Source: a virus
Lineage: Duplodnaviria > Heunggongvirae > Uroviricota > Caudoviricetes
Direction: 5' to 3' (one strand)
Length of the DNA: 64,000 nucleotides
IMG/VR virus record: IMGVR_UViG_3300011008_000003
Below, in pieces: positions 18,909 through 30,866 of this stretch. The stretch's first letter is position 1, and every line of letters begins with the position of its first letter. A model generated the notes under the pieces. It did no database searches. It was not told the origin of the DNA and saw only the letters and a list, made by a program, of their open reading frames with translations. The position numbers and the translations under genes were made by a program.

Positions 18909-20175
18909 TATCTGTTCTGTCTTAATTCTCAAGCGCTTGTAATAATCTTTAGTACGGTCAATTTCTTTCTGTCTTTCCTTAGCAGATTCGACTGACATGA
19001 TAGTAAAGGTTTTTCCAAGCTGAGTTGTAACTTCTTCGGTCAATGTATCTACAACAGAATTTACATTGACCGTTCTTTTTGTAATCCCGTCGTCGATAAC
19101 CGCGATATAGTCAATCTTTGCCTTCTTAGCCTTTTCAAGTTCAAGGCGCAGACTGTCTTCACGTAACAGTTCAGCTCTGATACTATCCCTACGATGAATA
19201 TATTGGGCAAGGCTGTCACGGATATGCTGCCTACGTTCTTCCTGTTCAGCCAACGTAGCTGCACGCTTTGCTTCCATCAAAGAATCGAATGCCGCAATTA
19301 TTTTCGGATCTCCTTCAATCTTTTTATTCAAGAACTTAGAGAAAGAAGACGGATTAGTCGTTTCGGCGTCACTGACGATAATGATATGCTTATCGTCCTT
19401 GAACATATCCATATAGTTCTTATAACAGCCATTACGAATACGGGACGGAATTGTAGTCCAGTCATATTCATAAATGTTCTTGTTACTCATAAGAATGACA
19501 GGAGCCGTCTTCTTTTCGTCATAGAAACCGAGAATATTGATATTTTCAAACGGACCAATACCGGTAACAGTATAAGTCCATGAATACATGGCACCGGCCG
19601 TATTACGTTCAGCCTGTACCTTGAAGGTCAAATACTTATATTTCAAAGCACTGTTATTGTCAACCATATTAATCCTTGATGATATTGTCAAACTGAGTCG
19701 AAAGGTCTTTACTTGTTTTCTGCTTAACCGGATCTGGGAAAATCAACTTTGAAATCCCGTCAGTTACAATGTTAAAGAATCCGAAAATAATCATAAACGG
19801 CAAGGCGAGAAGCATGATACCGCAAGAAGTCAGATGAATAAACAACAGAATAGACATCTTGAATATGAATCGCTTCTGTTCAAGCGAAAGCTTGTCATAT
19901 TTGGCTTTTTTAGGAATATTGTACTTATTTTCGATACAGCACGAGATAATCATCGTGCCCCAGTATACGACAGAAACTGCGACCCACGGCGTCGTAACAT
20001 CCGTAAAACCGTCACTGCATGTTGTAATAATACATGCAATTGTCGAAATTACTTCTCCCAGAAGCAATAGAATATAGATAATCGCAATAGCGCCGAGGTC
20101 GTCATGAGAAACGCCGGCTGCTACATCTTCATCATAGAAAAATTTGAGTGTAAATTCTTGAAATTTACGAAACAT
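18903..20175 (-). other. Two hypothetical genes (membrane protein 19669-20175; coiled-coil protein about 18903-19668)
   Basis: ORFs behind an early promoter. Confidence 0.55.
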
Positions 20176-20257
20176 AATTACTCCTTGGTTTTGTACATAT
20201 ACAATATAGAAAAAGGGCTGACTTGCGTCAACCCTTTCTTTGAAAATATATTATATA

Positions 20258-20983
20258 TTATAGGTCTGCAGATTTGGAATCGAGCTGCTTCTGAGCATAG
20301 TTACAGCCTTCAGTATCAGACTGGTAACAGATAAGGCCGCGAGGAATTCCGTACGGGAAATCCCTGCCTACGAACTTTCTATCATACCAGAAATACAGAT
20401 AGCTAGGAACAAAGCCCTTGTTTTCATTAGGAACTACACAATCATAACGCTGTTCACGCTTAAGCGGACGACCATCCTTAGTTAAAATCGTACAAATATC
20501 GAAACCGGCATCGTCTTCAGCTTCGCCGTGTAAGTAAACACTATTATCGATTGATGTATACTGTTTAATAGTATCGTAATTATTATAAGCGTCCGGCATA
20601 ATAACAATCTGACCCTGGTTAAGAAGTTCGGTAACTTTTTCTGGAAGTTCATCTTCAAACGAGTCACGGTTCAGAATAGCGCCGAGATTTGCCTGAATAT
20701 CGAAAATTTTCTTGATAAAATCGTCAATATCCTTAGACCAAGTAAGTTCTTGGTTAGTTGTTCCCTTATAAAGAACATAGGCACCGTCGTCTTCCTTTTT
20801 AACGGTTACTGCCAAGCCTTCGGGATTTGCCTTACTCTTAATCTTAAATTCTTCGCCTGATGCGAGGTATTGTTCGATACGGCTCTTCATGCCAGCCATC
20901 TGAGCCGGAGTAACATCTGCATATGCTTCGCAAATAGTATAACCGGCAGTTTTTAAAACTTTTTTAGCTTCAGTTAAATTCAT
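20258..20983 (-). CDS. Late protein with MNLxEAKxxLKxxGY leader
   Basis: TATAAATA plus AGGAG upstream; shared N-terminus. Confidence 0.65.
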   Translation of the reverse strand: MNLTEAKKVLKTAGYTICEAYADVTPAQMAGMKSRIEQYLASGEEFKIKSKANPEGLAVTVKKEDDGAYVLYKGTTNQELTWSKDIDDFIKKIFDIQANLGAILNRDSFEDELPEKVTELLNQGQIVIMPDAYNNYDTIKQYTSIDNSVYLHGEAEDDAGFDICTILTKDGRPLKREQRYDCVVPNENKGFVPSYLYFWYDRKFVGRDFPYGIPRGLICYQSDTEGCNYAQKQLDSKSADL

Positions 20984-21025
20984 TTGAATCTCCTATTTTT
21001 ATTATTTATAATAGGAGAATCTATT

Positions 21026-21101
21026 TATCCCAAGGCCGGAACTCGAATCCGAACTAACAGAATCACAATCTGCTGTGCTAGCCAATTACACCACCGCGGG
21101 G
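21026..21101 (-). tRNA. tRNA-His(GUG)
   Basis: Loop TT-GTG-AT. Confidence 0.8.
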
Positions 21102-21107
21102 ATGATT

Positions 21108-21183
21108 TAGAGCCCTATGCCGGGTTCGAACCGGCGCCACCTGCTTGGAAGGCAGAAATGCTAAGCCACTACACCAATAGGAC
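21108..21183 (-). tRNA. tRNA-Gly(UCC)
   Basis: Loop CT-TCC-AA. Confidence 0.85.
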
Positions 21184-21189
21184 ATATTT

Positions 21190-21266
21190 TAGAGCCCTAG
21201 ACGGAATTCGAATCCGTAAACCTTCTCCATGGCAAGGAGACATTCTACCAGTTGAACTACTAGGAC
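21190..21266 (-). tRNA. tRNA-Gly(GCC)
   Basis: Loop TT-GCC-AT. Confidence 0.85.
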
Positions 21267-21269
21267 ATT

Positions 21270-21345
21270 TCGAGCGATAAATGGGACTCGAACCCACAAC
21301 CTATTCCATGGCAAGGAATCGCTCTACCAGTTGAGCTACTACCGC
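21270..21345 (-). tRNA. tRNA-Gly(GCC)
   Basis: Loop TT-GCC-AT. Confidence 0.85.
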
Positions 21346-21533
21346 ATAACCTAATTTTTTATCTTCCCGGTGTCGGACACGAGAAATTAGTAAAACTCCC
21401 ACCGCATAGTTCATGCCAGCGACTGCTTTCTTGAGGACAAGAACCGTGCCCTGTCAGCTTTTTATACCTAATGGTTCTCTGACGAAACATAGCTAGAGCT
21501 CATACCGTAGCTAAATAAGTATGAGATAGATTT

Positions 21534-21609
21534 TAGTGCCACTACCTGGATTCGAACCAGGACCCGCTGATTAAGAGTCAGCTCGACTAGGCCATTATCA
21601 TATAGAGGC
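21534..21609 (-). tRNA. tRNA-Lys(CUU)
   Basis: Loop CT-CTT-AA. Confidence 0.8.
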
Positions 21610-21616
21610 AAAATTT

Positions 21617-21692
21617 TCGTACCCCAGGAAGGACTCGAACCTTCAACCCACTGATTAAGAGTCAGCTGCGCTACCAATTGCGCCACTGAGGC
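21617..21692 (-). tRNA. tRNA-Lys(CUU)
   Basis: Loop CT-CTT-AA. Confidence 0.9.
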
Positions 21693-21693
21693 A

Positions 21694-21772
21694 TAGTGCA
21701 CCCGACAGGCTTCGAACCTGTAACCGCCGGCTTCGTAGGCCGATGCTCTAAATCCAGTTGAGCTACGGGTGC
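21694..21772 (-). tRNA. tRNA-Arg(ACG)
   Basis: Loop CT-ACG-AA. Confidence 0.9.
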
Positions 21773-21780
21773 AAATTTGT

Positions 21781-21857
21781 TAGCGATCATGGTGGGATTC
21801 GAACCCACGAAAACTGGTTAGACAGACCAGCGCCCTAGACCACTAGGCGACACGACC
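21781..21857 (-). tRNA. tRNA-Asp(GUC)
   Basis: Loop CT-GTC-TA. Confidence 0.85.
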
Positions 21858-21862
21858 AAATT

Positions 21863-21918
21863 AATAGCGAGAAGTAATAATACAGATTTGCAGTCTAATA
21901 GGAACTTCATATGCTATT
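21863..21918 (-). ncRNA. GUUCCUAU scaffold RNA carrying a Cys(GCA)-like anticodon stem-loop
   Basis: Scaffold with TAGA-CTGCAAA-TCTG insert. Confidence 0.6.
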
Positions 21919-21992
21919 TAGCGGTCTCAACGGGTCACGATCCCGTACCTCCAGCGTGACAAGCTGGTGTCCATCCATTAAACGATGAGACC
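21919..21992 (-). tRNA. tRNA-Asp(GUC)
   Basis: Loop TT-GTC-AC. Confidence 0.8.
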
Positions 21993-21996
21993 AAAT

Positions 21997-22027
21997 AAAA
22001 AAGATTCCTGTGAGTTGCACAGGAATC
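21997..22027 (-). terminator. Attenuator terminator, tRNA operon 4
   Basis: GATTCCTGTG-CAACT-CACAGGAATC followed by T6. Confidence 0.9.
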
Positions 22028-22053
22028 AATCTAAAACTTTTTACAGTTAAAAA

Positions 22054-22155
22054 CTAGATGACCCTGTGCTTGTGTCGATCCTTATCATGCTTACCGAAAC
22101 CTCGTCCGTCGCGGCGAGTCTTGCAATCATGAATGTCAACTACAAACTGAGTCAT
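22054..22155 (-). CDS. Leader peptide 4, MTQFVVDIHDCKTRRDGRGFGKHDKDRHKHRVI
   Basis: AAAGG RBS; Asp, His, Lys(AAG), Arg(CGN), Gly codons match downstream tRNAs. Confidence 0.85.
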   Translation of the reverse strand: MTQFVVDIHDCKTRRDGRGFGKHDKDRHKHRVI

Positions 22156-22208
22156 TTTCTTAACCTTTATATTATATATAAAAAATTTTTTCCTGTTTTT
22201 GCAAAATA

Positions 22209-22327
22209 AACAGCGGGCAGTAACTGGCAACAAGAGTAGGACTCGAACCTACGACCTTTCACCTTGCGGTGAGTGCTCTAACCAACTGAGCTACCTCGTT
22301 AATTTTATAGGAACCGCGTATGCTGTT
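22209..22327 (-). ncRNA. GUUCCUAU scaffold enclosing a complete anticodon-less tRNA mimic (22225-22300)
   Basis: D arm, T arm, acceptor with encoded CCA; anticodon loop replaced by a GCAA tetraloop. Confidence 0.65.
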
Positions 22328-22396
22328 CTCATTTATTTTACGTTGTTAAATATAGTAAATTGTTTTAGCTTTGTAAACCCCTAAAAATAATTTTTT

Positions 22397-25300
22397 TTAT
22401 CTTATGTCAATTAACCAAACCTTATGCCACAAATTACTGCCTTTATCCTTTTCAATATAAGTCTTTATGCAATAAGTGGATTTGTTGAATGCCCTACTGG
22501 CTATCATAAGTAATTTTTCAGCAAAAGCAGTCCTTATCGTATCAAGCTGGAAACTTGACACATAATCCGGAAAAGTAGAACCTTCAGTTACATACAAGCA
22601 CATTTTCGGATCTTGTAATAACTTATTGGCTATTGCATTAAACTGTTTTTTGGCCATCAATGCTTCAATTTCATAAATGTCTTCGATTGATAACATATAG
22701 CAGGAATTTTGATATTCAGTCATTGTGTACTCCTTATTTTTATAAACGCTTTAATAACAATTCTGTTCCGATATTCATGACGTAGGTTATGAATTTTTGT
22801 CTATCTGATTCACGCATAATTTTCTCGTAAACTTCACGGTCAAAATATGTATGAAGTTTTTCTCTCCATATTACATGATTATATGCAGACAATTCCCATG
22901 TAAGATTATCCTTGAGAAGTTTTTCTTTAATATCATACTCCTGATATTTTAAAGTATATACAGAATCATGATAATATGGAACATATAAATATACTTCAGG
23001 TATTCCGTTAACCCTTTTCAGAAACATTCCGAAATTCTCTTGGGAATATTTAAGCGTTTTAGTAAGATTCATCGTTCTACAAAATGTATAAGTTCTGTAT
23101 CTTTTAATTTCGACACCCAGTCAAGCACTTCATCGTGCTGTTCCTTAGTAATAGACTCCTCCTCATATAAGAAAAAGTTATCGATTACGTCAGCAATGCT
23201 TTCAAAATAACAAATATCGTCTGGATCGTAATTAGCTTCAAAGCTTTCTCTAAGATAATCTGGCATTTCAGGCCACATATCTTCGATTTTAAGAGCCGAT
23301 ACCTTGGAGATTGGAAGGTTCTCGCATCTTTTCATCAAAACTTTCCAACGTTCATCGTCACAGAGTTCTTCGTATGTCATATTAGTTATCCTGTATATGG
23401 TTAATCCAATCACGAATCGTATTCGGATTCGCTCGTCCTTGAAATTTTGTCATTATATATTTCATAATATCGTTCACTTCACCAACACGCCATTCCGGAT
23501 GATTGTCATACATGAAGTTGAGACAAATCCAGAATTCAGATTCTGTCGGGCATAGTTGATGTAGACCGCGACCGGCTGGATTAAAATAACGCTTATTGAA
23601 ATATTCGATTATCTTTTCATCATTCATTATTTTACCTCCTCGTGAGAATAACAACGGTCATGGCATTCAGGACAACTGAATGTATATTCAAATTCATTCA
23701 TTCCTGTTTGATAGTTTTCACACTTATATTTCGGCGCGTTAAATTCGGTTCCGCATCTGGTACATACGAATTTCAATTTTATTGCAGGCTTCATAATGTC
23801 GACTTCGCCGATAGTCGCTACCGGTTGTTTTTCAGTCGGGCCTAAGCATGTTACTGAATCAATCTTCATAAAATGTTTATACTTGTTCTTGGCGAACTTG
23901 ATAATTGCATTATTCAATTCTTCGCCAACTAAGTCGGTTTCAAAATAATCATTCGAATGATGGTCGTCCCAATCATCGAATCCCATATAACCGTCATAAG
24001 TCTGGTAATGAACACGTACTTGATAACCCTGTTTCATATTAGCTCCTAATCAATTTATCGAATTCTTTAGACAACGCCAAAGCCGGACGCCGTATTTTCC
24101 ATCTATTCTGCTTCTTACGTTCGGCTTCATAGTAAGTATTTACCCGTCGTTGGCGTTCAATAATTTTTTCCATATAAGTATCATATGTCTTTTCTTTTAT
24201 AAAATCTGCTGCACGCCACATTACAGTAAAAATATACAAAAGAAATATCAAAAGTATCGGTCCAGCTAGAACCGTACTAAATACTTTAAAAACTAAACCG
24301 AAATCGATAGTCATATTATTTCTTCAATAGGTCGTCGAACCTGGAACGAATGGATTTTGCTGCTTCTTCTTTTTTCTTTATACGTTCATCGGCGCTGCCA
24401 AGATAAAGTATAGCAAAAATAATAGTAAGTATCGGACCCATCAATGCGCCCATACATATAATAAGAAATTCTATCGGACTTTCAAGCTTTATATACCTAT
24501 AGATTACAATAGCATTGATAACTCCGCAAATAAGCCAGATTATTTGCTTTATTGTTTCTTGGTCAATCATTATACTTCCTCCCATGAAGAATCGAGTATC
24601 ATATCCCACATCTTGCAATATGTATCTAAATCCATATATCCGTCTACCTTGACTTTTACTTCGTCTTTCAAGATTTCTTCCAAGGCATATGCGATAGGAT
24701 CCGGTGTTTTCTTTATAATATCATGAATATATGAAACGACGCCTTTTCCCATGGCTACGATATTTCGATAATGTTCGTTATCGAAACCATGGCCGGTAGA
24801 ATTAAAAAGGGTTTCGTTCTGCCATGCCTGATATTCTATTAAGAATGTTGCTTTAGGTATGTATTCCATCATTATTACCAAAATATAAAAAATTTATTTC
24901 CAAATCAAGCGCCTGATATGCCTGTTCAAGTTCATAGAGGTCACCGATTACAAAACGTTTACCATTAAATTCAATCCAGTTATCGCCAGAATATCTATCT
25001 TCACGGTCATTAGTTACTAATTTAAAAATATTCGGAATAACAGGAATTGCACTACAAGAATATCCCATGTGCTTGTCTATTTCCGGCGGAAACGGTTGTT
25101 TCGTAGTCCAACACCAGTTATCACGATAATGCAGGAAAAAACATGGAACAGATATTTCATTCCTTATCATCGTTTGCGGATAATATGGTAATCTCGTAAC
25201 ATAATCCTTAAGTTCATACTTATAATCCGTTACGTCAACAAGAATAGAGCCTTTTGAAAGTCCCATTGTCGGATAATAATGTGCAAGCAAGTTCATATTT

Positions 25301-28195
25301 GGCGGGTCATCTGGCGTAAGCTTCCAGTTAATACCGTGAGTATCTCGAAAATCACGGTTCCTAAGCTTCAATGCCGTATTATGGTGATTGTATTCGACAA
25401 CAAGCGCCGGCATTTGCTTGGTATCTTTACCTTCAGCTCGCCATTTTTCAGAAAGTTCATCGTAATCCATTTAACCTAACACCTCAAGATCTTTTACAAT
25501 CTTTTTATTTTCCCGCCTAATAAATTCTTTCCTTAACGCTTCGGTAATTTTAACGACTTGCTCGTTAATTAATTCGACAGTCATTGGCGGCTGTAGATAA
25601 GATTCATACAGTTTTACCGGTTCAAACATTTTATGCTGCTTGTTATATGCTATAGTACGAAGTTCAAAACCGTTCGATAATGACCATTTGGCAAAATATG
25701 CCGTATGTCTTTCAGGCATTTCTACCCAGTCATGATCAGCTTCGCGATTATCGATAAGTGGATGCTTCATTACACCATATACGGCAGTATTTTTTACAAT
25801 AATTTCTGCCTTGGCTTTTTTAAGCATGTCGATAGCAGTTTTCTTCGTTACAGTCTTAGCCATATTATTCTTCAGCCTTTAATTTCTTAAAATATTCAAT
25901 CTGTTTCTGTATACCTTTAATTGACGCTTCAAATTCGGTAATCTTATCGTCTATCGACGATTTGACTTGGATTTCGTCATAATGTTTCTTGAAATCCTGT
26001 GGTGAACAAGAAACAATATTTATGTAAGTATACGGAATATAAAACGGAGTATTGTCGAAATTAATTTTACTAACTACAGTATTATTCGGAATGAAATAAA
26101 CTCCGTTTAATTGAAAATATGAGTTATCCGAAAATGGCAAACAGCCATATGTATATTTTAATCTTTCTTTTTCATTATGCGTTACGCCAAAACAGTCTAA
26201 TGCGTCGGCAGCGCCCGTATTACCATGTGTATGATGAATTTCACTCGGATCTACGACATAACGGCTAGACATCAATTCTGCCCTATAAGTACCGGTTTCG
26301 GGATCGTACTTTCTACCGCCGCGAGCATAAACTTCTTGAATCTGGAAAAGAATTATCATATTATCCTCTAATCTACCTGCCAAGCTAAAAGGCAATCGCC
26401 AGGAGTATAGCCTTCATGCTCCATCATGAGGTTCATTTCACGATAGCAGTAATCAATTTCATTGCCGGCCCATTTCAAAGCATTACAAAGATGTTGCCTC
26501 TCGGTTTCTGTAAAATCAAGAGGTTCACCTTTCTTTAACTTCAAGTAAAGCTTGTTTAGGTTTTTTCTATGCCAGCCTTCCTGTACTTTTGCCCATTCTT
26601 CGTTTGACATTACTTTTTCTTCTTTTTTGATTCTTCGTACTTCTGTACAATTTTTACACGCTTTGCCAGTGTAGCAGAATTCTTAGACCGGTCTTCAATT
26701 CTTTGCAAGTCATGGAATCTGCTATAATAATCGTCAGAATTATCCTGTTTGTATTGCTTTAGTTCAAGACCGGCAGCAAGAATCTTAAGCAACTTCTTAA
26801 ACGGCTTCTGACTATACTCTTCCATCACGAACTGCGTCTGCGGAGTAGTAAACCAGTGCTTTGTATCTTCTGCATTGACACAGAATCGATTAATAACATA
26901 GTCTACTTCAAGCTTATTGGTTTTCGCGTTTTCAACAAAACGACCAGGACTTACACACTTCTTGACAAAATGAAAATAGAACTGCTTTCTGCCATATTTA
27001 GCAATAACGGCATAATCGTCACGAATAGGATTATAATTATCGCCTAAACGTTTCATGGCTTCTTCTTTACTTTCCTTCTTACACTCTTCGATAACCTTAA
27101 AACCGTGTTCCTTGATAACATCCAAAATTCCCTGATATTCCTTATCAGTAAAACGAACTTCGGTTGCATAAACATGGTCGAACGCAGCGAAAACGTTATC
27201 TATATGTTGGTCACCAGTTCCGTAAAGATCTTCATAGAAAGTCTTAATCTTATCTTCACGGAACATAGAAGGATTAATCTCAAAAGCCTTCTTGAGTTCT
27301 TCTAAATTTTCTTTTGCTGCTTTTTCTGATACCAGTGCGCCCATTATTTTACCTCTTTATAAGCGTTAAAAAGTTCTTTAAAATCTTTCTGCTTCCACTC
27401 GAATTCGTTTTTTGTAAGTTGTTCGAGCGTTGTTTTCATTACTTCCATACTAGTTTCTTTTAAGATTCTTTTGCTTTGCCAATCAGGAGTGTCCCATTTA
27501 GTTTCTGCATGGTTAAAAACGACCTGGTTATTGGCCTTAAGGCAAAGATTGAGAAAATCGATAAAACCTTGGTCAGTTTCTTTTTCAAACGTAAAAACAT
27601 CGTCGTTATACTTTACGATTACGGTTTTTCCATCGACCTTGATATTACCGATTTTGTCGTCAAAAGAATGAGGACGTTCACCGGTATAGATTGTAAGTTC
27701 ATCCTTCTTCATGTTCGGTACGATACCAGCGAAACGATTACGCTTGAAATCCCATTCCAGTTTCAAAGACTGATGAATCCTGGTAAAAATCGCCTGCTTA
27801 AACGGAGGACGATGATCCTTATCGTACCAGCCAGAACCCCATTCACCAAGTTTCTGATAATAACCCTTTCCTTCAAGATAATCCGTGACATCATCTTCAA
27901 ACGGATCAATATCAAGTGTCGTCCAGACATCATTAATCTTTGCGACACGGTGACAATTTAAATCCTTGAGCTGTGTATCATCACAGGTAGTCCAATAATT
28001 ATCTCCATGGAACGTATCGTATTCGATATGTTTACCTGTAGTATCTACTTCAATCGCTTCATCAAACAATGTATGTGTATAACCAATCGGAATGGTATTC
28101 AACAGTGTCTTTGACTGAAAACGATAGCCTGAAAGCGTATCTGTAGCTTCAACACCGCCGGAAACGATGTACATTTTATTAAAAACTCTGGCCAT
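22397..28195 (-). other. Array of about 14 tightly packed hypothetical genes
   Basis: Co-oriented ORFs with overlapping start and stop codons; no recognisable motifs. Confidence 0.6.
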
Positions 28196-28929
28196 TATTT
28201 AGCTCCTTTAACTAATTCATTCCATCTCGTAATAAGCAACTTGGAATAGGTTTCACTGCTCATACTGTAACTTCCGCAACTGAATGCGTCATTGACCTCG
28301 ATAAGTGCTGTATCGCCAGTATCTAAGATACCGACATCAAGGCAATATGCGCTCGGCGCACCAGCCTTAGCCCAGTCTCGTACCATTTCGTTGACTATAA
28401 CTCTCGATACCATAATGTCAGGATTACCAAAATAATTGCAATAGTCCAACGGTACATTATTGACTACCGGGACTCTGTACTCCGTAATCCATTTGACTGG
28501 CTCGGAGCATACAATATTCGTTCCGGCGCTTGCTCCTTGGGTAAGCATCCAGTCATCTCTTGAATTCAGTACGAAACCGGTAAACTTTTTCAGTTTATCT
28601 TTAGGCTTGATAAATACCGGTTCCATAAGATAATCGTTGAACGCCTTATCCTGCATATATCCGAGTTTCGTTTCCCAGATTCGTCTATGCAGATATTTCT
28701 TTAACGGCTCCGGATAGTCGTCATGTTTGTAATCAATTCCGAGTTTCTTCATCGCATTGAACATGACAGGAATTTCACCAGCGATAAAGTCGTCTTTGGT
28801 AATCTTAATCTTATTTTGAAGCAAATGTTTCTTGTAAAAAGAAAAATAATGACCAGCGCCGAAATAGTCGGCAAGCTTCTGCTCGTCGCTTCCAAGAATT
28901 CCCTTGTCATTTCGCTGTAAGTAATTCAT
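28195..28929 (-). CDS. ATP-grasp domain protein (DUF4343/R2K-like)
   Basis: PVFIKP, K.FTG, EYR, Y.LDVG, LIEVND..S.G.Y. Confidence 0.7.
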   Translation of the reverse strand: MNYLQRNDKGILGSDEQKLADYFGAGHYFSFYKKHLLQNKIKITKDDFIAGEIPVMFNAMKKLGIDYKHDDYPEPLKKYLHRRIWETKLGYMQDKAFNDYLMEPVFIKPKDKLKKFTGFVLNSRDDWMLTQGASAGTNIVCSEPVKWITEYRVPVVNNVPLDYCNYFGNPDIMVSRVIVNEMVRDWAKAGAPSAYCLDVGILDTGDTALIEVNDAFSCGSYSMSSETYSKLLITRWNELVKGAK

Positions 28930-29387
28930 TGTAATACCGATAATGTTTCGTTAAGCTCTCTGTTTTTACGTATTTTATAATATCTTGTCAGGTCATATCT
29001 AATCTGTTCAATCTGCTTTTTCATTTTTTCTTTCCATCCCGGTTTTCCAGGAACGATATAAGTAGAATGTGCCGGTATACGATCAATCGAAACGACACCG
29101 CTCTGTTTTAAACCAGTAAGTTTAAAAATTTGATAACCTATATTTGGAAAGAAATAGACAAATATCGCTGTCGATGTAAGAAAATCATCCAATACAGGAT
29201 GAGTAATTGCACCAGCAACGTCACAAGGCATAGTTTCATACAACGGAGTGCTATTCTTTACAACAATCATTCCGATTTCTTTTAGAAACTGCTCTGCCGC
29301 ATTGACATCTGTCAACAAATCTACCATGCTGATGAATATAGAAAAAGGGCTGACTCTTGTCAACCCTTTTTAGAGCAAAATACTTTA

Positions 29388-29834
29388 TTATTGATTTCCG
29401 TACTTGGCCTTCAGACGCTCATAAGTGGCACGTTCTTCCGCTTCCTTCTTTTCTGCTGCCTTCTTACGGGCATTCGCAGCACGTTCGCGTTCATGTTGTA
29501 ATCTTTCTTCTGCCTTTACTTTTTCGGATTCGATATATGCAGTCAAAGCTTCGTCGTTATAAAGGAATTCCTTCTTGAACGTAGAATAGCCGATATAGTC
29601 ACCGTAACGGTCAGAGTCAGATGTACCGAAATCGATTTCATCTTCCTTATCGCCGCGGCGAACCTTAACATCATAACCGTTCATTTCTGCCTGGAACAGT
29701 TCATTGTCATCGCACGGGCCGACATGATACGGTTTCCAAAGTTCAGTATAGAGACGATTATACACATGCTGGGCACGCGTAATCATTCGTTCATAGACTT
29801 CAAAAGCGTTATCGACTTCTTCCTTAGTTACCAT
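29388..29834 (-). CDS. Hypothetical protein
   Basis: AGGAG RBS, early promoter. Confidence 0.6.
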   Translation of the reverse strand: MVTKEEVDNAFEVYERMITRAQHVYNRLYTELWKPYHVGPCDDNELFQAEMNGYDVKVRRGDKEDEIDFGTSDSDRYGDYIGYSTFKKEFLYNDEALTAYIESEKVKAEERLQHERERAANARKKAAEKKEAEERATYERLKAKYGNQ

Positions 29835-29907
29835 ATAAAACTCCTTTTAATATAATATAGAAAAAGGATTGACTTCTGTCAACCCTTTTGAATCTTAAAT
29901 TTCTAGT

Positions 29908-30537
29908 TTAGTCTTCTATAGTATCATTTTTAACATCACGATTAAGTAAAATAGTAAGAATTTTCTTTAAATTTTCAGTATATTGTTCTTTAGTCATATT
30001 TTTATAGAATTCTTCATATTTTTTATCATGCCATGTTATATCGCCTGTATATGCATCTTCAAAGCCTTCTATCATATTTTTAACTATTTCTTTAATTTTA
30101 TCATTTATTTCATTAATATCTTCCTTGATGCCTGCATATTCACTTTCACCCCAACCTGGGTCATAAGAGCCAAAATCGTGGCCATCCCAGCTAGCTTCTT
30201 CGCCATATTCATTATATAATGTAGTTACATAGCAATAATCTTCGCCAGTCCAAGAACCCCAACAAGAGAAAGCATATATAAAGTCTAAGTCAAGCTTAGT
30301 AATTTGTGCTTTTTCTTCATCTGTTAAGCCAATAATATATAATCCTTGAGCATAATCATTTTTAAGTTCTTTTTTAACTTCATCATTATTTTTATCTATT
30401 ACGATTAAAGCTTTATATTCAGTTGGATCTGGACCATCAGGTGGATCATAATCATAATCCTGGTCCATATCCCAGTATTCTTTTAAAAGCTTATAACCAG
30501 CAGTTTTTAATATTTTTTTAGCTTCATTAAGATTCAT
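29908..30537 (-). CDS. Late acidic protein with MNLxEAKxxLKxxGY leader
   Basis: TATAAATA plus GGAG upstream; shared N-terminus. Confidence 0.65.
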   Translation of the reverse strand: MNLNEAKKILKTAGYKLLKEYWDMDQDYDYDPPDGPDPTEYKALIVIDKNNDEVKKELKNDYAQGLYIIGLTDEEKAQITKLDLDFIYAFSCWGSWTGEDYCYVTTLYNEYGEEASWDGHDFGSYDPGWGESEYAGIKEDINEINDKIKEIVKNMIEGFEDAYTGDITWHDKKYEEFYKNMTKEQYTENLKKILTILLNRDVKNDTIED

Positions 30538-30602
30538 AAAATTCTCCACTTTTATATTATTTATATAAAAATAAAAAAGAGGATTAAAAATCCTCTTTTT
30601 AT

Positions 30603-30688
30603 TAGTCTGCGACCCTGGACTTGAACCAGGACAAAGCAATGTCTCTGCCTTATCAGAGCAGCGTGTTAACCAATTACACCAGACGCAG
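30603..30688 (-). tRNA. tRNA-Ile(GAU), long variable arm
   Basis: Loop CT-GAT-AA. Confidence 0.8.
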
Positions 30689-30696
30689 ATATATTT

Positions 30697-30781
30697 TAGT
30701 CGGCATACCTAGACTCGAACTAGGACAAGCAATGTCTCTGCCTTATCAGAGCAGCGTGTTAACCAATTACACTATATGCCG
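30697..30781 (-). tRNA. tRNA-Ile(GAU), long variable arm
   Basis: Loop CT-GAT-AA; core nearly identical to its neighbour. Confidence 0.8.
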
Positions 30782-30787
30782 ATAATT

Positions 30788-30865
30788 TATCTCCCCTCTT
30801 GGATTCGAACCAAGGTTTTGCTTGCTTGTAAGGCAAGTGCCATAACCAGGCTAGGCGAAGGAGAG
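30788..30865 (-). tRNA. tRNA-Val(UAC)
   Basis: Loop CT-TAC-AA. Confidence 0.85.
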
Positions 30866-30866
30866 T

